A stretch of 37,458 nucleotides of DNA. Source: a virus (lineage: Duplodnaviria > Caudoviricetes). Shown piece by piece: positions 32,730 to 37,458 of this stretch. The notes beneath the pieces are model-generated. The model was not told where the DNA came from, made no database searches, and was given only the letters and a program-made list of their open reading frames with translations. The stretch spans positions 1-37,458 of IMG/VR virus record IMGVR_UViG_3300012933_000187; one strand, 5' to 3'. How positions within the stretch are numbered: the stretch's first letter is position 1; each line of letters opens with the position of its first letter. The position numbers were made by a program, and so were the translations under genes.

Positions 32730-35110
32730 GCGTAATTAACCAAAACCTGCTACTTACACCAGAGGGCTACCAGATTAGCCGCTCTGTGCGTCTGCGCTCT
32801 AGTGCAAGTGCGTATTTGAATCGCACACCTGCAAGCACTACCAACAGACAAACTTGGACTTGGAGTGCTTGGATAAAGCGTGGAGCAGTTGATTCTGGCT
32901 TGTATGTTCCTTTTTCTTTTGGAGATAACTCTGGCGGCGCTACGGATGTTGGAGCGTTTGCAAGATTCAATGGCAATGTTTTGGAATTTGCTGAGGCTCA
33001 TTCTGGTGTCAATAGTTTTGCATTGACTACAACTCAAGTATTCCGTGATCCATCAGCTTGGTATCATTTTGTTTTTTCTGTTGATACCACTCAAGCAACA
33101 GCATCTAACAGATTGAAAATATTTGTAAACGGCACACAGATAACTGCGTTTTCAACAGCAACATATCCATCGCAAAATTTTAATACATCCGCTAATCAAT
33201 CTGGGAACGCCCAGCGTATTGGTGTAATTGACGTTGATGGAACTGTTACTGGTCAATACTATGATGGCTACATGACTGAGGTTCAGTTCATTGACGGTCA
33301 AGCCCTGACGCCTTCCAGCTTCGGTGAAACCGATGCAGTTACTGGCGTGTGGAAGCCTAAGAAGTACGCTGGCACATACGGCACAAACGGCTTCTACCTG
33401 AACTTCTCTGACAACAGTGCAGCAACAGCCACGACTATCGGTAAAGACTACTCAGGTAACGGTAATAACTTCACGCCTACCAACATTAGCGTCACTGCTG
33501 GCGCTACCTACGACTCAATGCTTGATGTACCTACGATGTGGGCTGATGGCGGGAATGGGCGGGGAAATTACTGCACGTTGAATCCGTTGAAGCTAGGCCC
33601 ATCGTTCACGTTGTCAAACGCCAACCTTTCCCTTTCATCGTCTCTATCGACCAACCACCAGTCCTTCGGAACTATCGGCGTCACAAGCGGGAAGTGGTAT
33701 TGGGAAGTCCTCGTTGAATCTGCGCTGGAGACGTATATTGGTGTGGCAACCGATTCTGCTTCCTCATCTAGTTGGACTGGAGCCGAAGCAGTAAGCTGGT
33801 CATATCGAAACTTGGGCAGCAAATACAACGCAGGAACGCCAGTGGCGTATGCAGCTACCTACACGACAAATGATGTGATTGGTGTTGCTCTCGATATGGA
33901 TGCAGGGACACTCACGTTCTACAAAAACGGAACAAGTCTAGGTCAGGCATACAGTGGCATCACTGGAGTAATTCTTCCTGCGCTTTCACCTTTCGCGTCT
34001 GGCGCAGCTCTCAGCGCCAATTTCGGCCAACGCCCATTCGCCTACACCCCACCCACAGGCTTCAAGGCGCTGAACACGCAGAACTTGCCTGATGCGACTA
34101 TCAAGAAGGGCAACCAGTATTTTGATGCTACGACTTACACGGGTACTGGCGCAGCACAGAGCATCGTCAACAGCGGTGCTATGCAGCCTGATTTAGTTTG
34201 GTTGAAGGCGAGGTCGCAGGCATATTTCCATAATTTGAATGATTCTGTTCGCGGAACAAACAAGCGTCTATTCTCGAACACTACTGATGCGGAAGACACA
34301 ACAGCTAATTGCTTAACAGCCTTCAACAGCAACGGGTTCACTGTTGGCAGTAACCAAGGCATCAACGAAAACACCACGACAATGGTGGCGTGGCAATGGA
34401 AAGAAAGCGTCTCTGCTGGCTTTGATATCGTGACCTACACGGGCAACGGTGTTTCAAATAGAACTGTGTCACATAGTCTTGGCGTAGCGCCAAAGATGAT
34501 AATCGTCAAAGACCGTGATTCAAACTCCAATTCAAACGATTGGTTTGTTTGGCACACATCTTTAGCAGCAAACAACAATCTGTTGTTGAACACTACAAAC
34601 GCAACGGTAAACGTAGTGTCTGGCAGTGCTGGTGGCGGCATTGGATCATCACCAACAAGCAGTGTCTTTACGTTGCAGAACGGTACAAGCAGCAACGTCA
34701 ACACAAATGAAAGCGGTGATAACTATGTCGCCTACCTATTCGCCGAAGTCGCTGGCTTCTCCAAGTTCGGCAGCTACACAGGCAACGGGTCTACTGATGG
34801 GCCGTTTGTGTATCTTGGGTTTAGGCCAAAGTTTGTGATGATTAAGTGTAGTTCTGCGTCTGGCACAAATTGGACCGTGTATGACACAAGCAGGAACCCA
34901 TCAAACGTAAGTGACTTGGTAATATATGCAAATTCATCCTCAGCAGAAGCCAGCGGTATTACATACCCGCACGCAATAGACATACTGTCAAACGGTTTTA
35001 AAACCAGAAATTATGATGCAACGTATGGCGTAAATATAAACACATCTGGCGCTACTTACATCTACGCAGCCTTCGCTGAAAACCCATTCAAGAACTCGCT
35101 CGCACGTTAA
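32726..35110 (+). CDS. Receptor-binding/tail-associated protein with LamG-like and SPRY-like domains
   Basis: TWTWSAWIKR and FRDPSAWYH (LamG/ConA-like); GKWYWEV...IGVALDMDAGTLTFYKNG (SPRY); repeated TYTGNG / PKxxxIK units. Confidence 0.8.
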   Translation: MSVINQNLLLTPEGYQISRSVRLRSSASAYLNRTPASTTNRQTWTWSAWIKRGAVDSGLYVPFSFGDNSGGATDVGAFARFNGNVLEFAEAHSGVNSFALTTTQVFRDPSAWYHFVFSVDTTQATASNRLKIFVNGTQITAFSTATYPSQNFNTSANQSGNAQRIGVIDVDGTVTGQYYDGYMTEVQFIDGQALTPSSFGETDAVTGVWKPKKYAGTYGTNGFYLNFSDNSAATATTIGKDYSGNGNNFTPTNISVTAGATYDSMLDVPTMWADGGNGRGNYCTLNPLKLGPSFTLSNANLSLSSSLSTNHQSFGTIGVTSGKWYWEVLVESALETYIGVATDSASSSSWTGAEAVSWSYRNLGSKYNAGTPVAYAATYTTNDVIGVALDMDAGTLTFYKNGTSLGQAYSGITGVILPALSPFASGAALSANFGQRPFAYTPPTGFKALNTQNLPDATIKKGNQYFDATTYTGTGAAQSIVNSGAMQPDLVWLKARSQAYFHNLNDSVRGTNKRLFSNTTDAEDTTANCLTAFNSNGFTVGSNQGINENTTTMVAWQWKESVSAGFDIVTYTGNGVSNRTVSHSLGVAPKMIIVKDRDSNSNSNDWFVWHTSLAANNNLLLNTTNATVNVVSGSAGGGIGSSPTSSVFTLQNGTSSNVNTNESGDNYVAYLFAEVAGFSKFGSYTGNGSTDGPFVYLGFRPKFVMIKCSSASGTNWTVYDTSRNPSNVSDLVIYANSSSAEASGITYPHAIDILSNGFKTRNYDATYGVNINTSGATYIYAAFAENPFKNSLAR

Positions 35111-35119
35111 GGACTGACA

Positions 35120-35656
35120 ATGTTTAAACTGAACAACACACCAATCGGCTTAGATCAGCCTTTCACAACTGAAGACGGTACTCAATACCCTGCAAACTGG
35201 CTTCGTTTGGCTTCTCCTGAAGAACGTGCTGCCATTGGCATCACAGAAGTAGCCGATGCAGCAACATGGGATGATCGTTTCTATTGGGGCGTAAACGCTC
35301 CAAAGTTGCTTGAAGACCGTGAGGAATCAGACGAGCAAGGCAATCCTTTGTTTGTGCAAATCTACGATGCCGCAACTGAAAGCATGGTTGATTCTGACAA
35401 ACGCTTGGTCACTAAAGGCTTGAAATCAGTCTGGTCTGCACAGATAAAAGACACCACAAACAAGCTGCTTGCTGGTACTGATTGGATGGTGATTCGCAAA
35501 GCCGAGCGCGATGTTGCAATTCCTGCGGCTACCGTGACCTACCGCGCTGCTGTACTGACCGAATGTGACCGCTTGCTGGCTGCTATTGCTGGTGCTGCTG
35601 ACGTGGCTGAACTCGCAGATGTTGTGGGTGCTCAAAACTGGCCAGAGGTGAAGTGA
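35120..35656 (+). CDS. Tail fibre assembly-like protein
   Basis: QYPANWL, LLAGTDWMVIRKAE and YRAAV, typical after such fibre genes. Confidence 0.65.
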   Translation: MFKLNNTPIGLDQPFTTEDGTQYPANWLRLASPEERAAIGITEVADAATWDDRFYWGVNAPKLLEDREESDEQGNPLFVQIYDAATESMVDSDKRLVTKGLKSVWSAQIKDTTNKLLAGTDWMVIRKAERDVAIPAATVTYRAAVLTECDRLLAAIAGAADVAELADVVGAQNWPEVK

Positions 35657-35877
35657 TGGACAACCAACAACTCTTCAACATGGTGGTGTGTGTTGCTGGC
35701 TTCTTGGCCGTGTACACACTCAACAATTTGACTCGCAAGATTCAGCGACTCGAAGATGAGATGAAGACTCTGCCACATGACTATGTGCAGAAGGACGACT
35801 ATCGCGCTGACATGCGTGATGTGAAAGAATTGCTCAAGCAAATCTTCGACAAGCTGGACGGCAAAGCAGACAAGTGA
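35656..35877 (+). CDS. Small membrane protein (N-terminal TM plus coiled coil), lysis region
   Basis: FNMVVCVAGFLAVY TM; LPHDYVQKDDY...IFDKLDGKADK. Confidence 0.7.
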   Translation: MDNQQLFNMVVCVAGFLAVYTLNNLTRKIQRLEDEMKTLPHDYVQKDDYRADMRDVKELLKQIFDKLDGKADK

Positions 35878-35878
35878 T

Positions 35879-36643
35879 GTGGGGCCAGAGATTGTCATTG
35901 CTCTTCAAGCCATGCGTGGCGCGTGGGCTGGCATTCAGTTCTGCTGCGATTGCCTTCGTGAAGGGTCTGTTGAAATCCAAAAAGTCAAAAAGACTGTCGA
36001 AGGTGGAGTCACTGACGCAAAGAAAATCTACGCCGAAGTCACTGGCATCTGGGGATGGCTCAAGGGTCTACTGGGTACGGCTCCTAAACATCATGGAAGC
36101 TCTGGCCCCAAGCAATCCGAAGCCACCGCAGAAGCCCAGCCTGTGGCGAAAAAGAAAGCCAAAGCCAAAGACGAGTATGTCGACCACATCCCAAGCCAAG
36201 ATGAAATTGTCCAACAGTTCATTGGCCATGTCGGTGAGTGGTTCGACAACTATCACACGCTGAAAACGTACACCGAGAAGCGGTATGCGGAAGTTTTTGG
36301 AAAGGACGAAATCGACCAGAAAGAAGTTCTAGAGCTGACGCAGTTGCAGGTTGAGGTTGACTCAGCCTACCCAGCATTGATGAGCTTGATGACAACCAAC
36401 GCACCTTGGCAGCTCGGCCCAATTTGGAGCCAGTTCAAAGAGATGCAAGACAAGGTCAAGGTTGGTCAAGCAGCTCGGCAGATGAAGCAAAAGCGCGAGA
36501 AGGCCAAGCGGGATGCCATAGCTGCACAGAAACGCAGCGATGACATCGATCGAAACATGACTTGGTTTTGGGCAATTGTGACGGTCTTTTACTTCTGGAC
36601 GTTGATGGGAGCAGTATGGATAAGCGCGAATTCAACGCCATAA
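35879..36643 (+). CDS. Hypothetical protein with C-terminal TM anchor
   Basis: 254 aa; coiled-coil regions; WFWAIVTVFYFWTLMGAVWI. Confidence 0.7.
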   Translation: MGPEIVIALQAMRGAWAGIQFCCDCLREGSVEIQKVKKTVEGGVTDAKKIYAEVTGIWGWLKGLLGTAPKHHGSSGPKQSEATAEAQPVAKKKAKAKDEYVDHIPSQDEIVQQFIGHVGEWFDNYHTLKTYTEKRYAEVFGKDEIDQKEVLELTQLQVEVDSAYPALMSLMTTNAPWQLGPIWSQFKEMQDKVKVGQAARQMKQKREKAKRDAIAAQKRSDDIDRNMTWFWAIVTVFYFWTLMGAVWISANSTP

Positions 36644-36834
36644 CTTTCCTTCTGTGTCTGGTGATTGGCATCTTACTTGTCTTGATGTTTTTGTTTTTAC
36701 TCGAAGACAGAAAGATGAAGGGTGAGTTGAAGAATAGCACTCGCGAGAATCAAAAGGCGGCGTTGGTGCTGCGTGAAGAACGTGAGAAACTTGAGCGTGT
36801 TTTGAAGCAACTAAAGGAGAAAGAAAGTGATTGA
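36616..36834 (+). CDS. Small membrane protein (TM plus coiled coil)
   Basis: GGAG SD before ATG 36616; ITFLLCLVIGILLVLMFLFLL. Confidence 0.65.
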   Translation: MDKREFNAITFLLCLVIGILLVLMFLFLLEDRKMKGELKNSTRENQKAALVLREEREKLERVLKQLKEKESD

Positions 36835-37144
36835 TCTTTTAAAGATGTGGCTGATGAAGCCAAAAGAAAAACCAACAGTCGAAGAGATTGAGGTGCAGGT
36901 GTGGGCCTTCGTGGTTCGCTCGATCACAATCATGGTGATGGTCATCGCATTCGGTGTGCTCTGGCTGATCGGCTTCGAGAAGCAGGACGAAGTGCTTGCG
37001 CCAATTGACAGTGTGTTCCTCGAGATCCTCAAGGCCATCGCATTCATGGGTGTGGGCACATTGGGTGGTATCTCTGGTCGCAAAGCCACAGCAGCCATTG
37101 CACAAGCGATTGCTGGAAAGCCAGACGATGGACAGCCTTCTTAA
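36827..37144 (+). CDS. Two-TM membrane protein
   Basis: AAGGAG SD; VWAFVVRSITIMVMVIAFGVLWLIG and FLEILKAIAFMGVGTLGGI. Confidence 0.7.
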   Translation: MIDLLKMWLMKPKEKPTVEEIEVQVWAFVVRSITIMVMVIAFGVLWLIGFEKQDEVLAPIDSVFLEILKAIAFMGVGTLGGISGRKATAAIAQAIAGKPDDGQPS

Positions 37145-37458
37145 ACTGCTAGGCAGTGCAGCCCCAGCACTGGCCACTGCGGTGGCCGGTCCCATGGGTG
37201 GCATGGCCGTCAAGGCCATTGCTGACAAGCTGGGTGTGCCTGCGTCCATTGGTGAGGTGATTAAGGCTTTGGAGTCAAACCCAGAGCTGGCGCTAAAACT
37301 CAAAGAGATTGACACTCGCGCATTCGAAGCTGAAACCAAAGCCGTCAGCGAACGCTGGCAGGCTGACATGGCCAGCGACTCTTGGTTGTCGAAGAACATT
37401 CGACCAATGACGCTGATCTACATTCTGTCTGCCTTCATCCTGATGGCGGTGGCAGATG
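37128..37458 (+). CDS. Holin of 3 TMs (GTA-type), truncated by the window end
   Basis: Translated by hand: MDSLLKLLGSAAPALATAVAGPMGG...RWQADMASDSWLSKNIRPMTLIYIL...; no stop before the window end. Confidence 0.85.
   Translation, partial: MDSLLKLLGSAAPALATAVAGPMGGMAVKAIADKLGVPASIGEVIKALESNPELALKLKEIDTRAFEAETKAVSERWQADMASDSWLSKNIRPMTLIYILSAFILMAVAD

Noticed and set aside
31410-35110. BPP-1-like diversity-generating retroelement
   Set aside because: No reverse transcriptase, and no TR/VR pair differing at adenines was seen.
35874-36263. Alternative-frame ORF as an embedded spanin
   Set aside because: No proper signal peptide or lipobox; the sequence looks like an off-frame read of 35879..36643, though its TGATG coupling means it is not fully excluded.

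Overview
The window is an almost complete, circularly permuted genome (~37.5 kb) of a lytic-looking podovirus-type dsDNA phage. The holin that runs off the right end (37128..37458) reappears as its own C-terminus at 1..51. Modules: (i) a leftward APSE-like replication cluster (RHH regulator, Cas4-like DUF2800 nuclease, SSB, family-B DNA polymerase, DUF5664 dNTP diphosphohydrolase, VRR-NUC, SNF2 helicase) with a divergent PrimPol/PriCT-2/DUF3987 primase-helicase; (ii) a GC-rich leftward block of small early-type genes (~11160-14600); (iii) a non-coding region (14590-15440) packed with palindromes and iteron-like repeats; (iv) a rightward T7/BPP-1-like virion module from the terminases to the tail fibres; (v) a lysis region of five membrane-protein genes plus an M15 endolysin. 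I saw no RNA polymerase, integrase, tRNA, CRISPR or reverse transcriptase. The most notable signals are a three-copy RNA hairpin motif (C opposite AYAA) at the scaffold start and upstream of the capsid gene, an OOP/CopA-like antisense RNA plus leader peptide in front of the primase-helicase, a nine-copy ACCCAWTGGGT palindrome array, and apparent total avoidance of CCWGG. All family calls come from motif recognition by eye; no searches were run.
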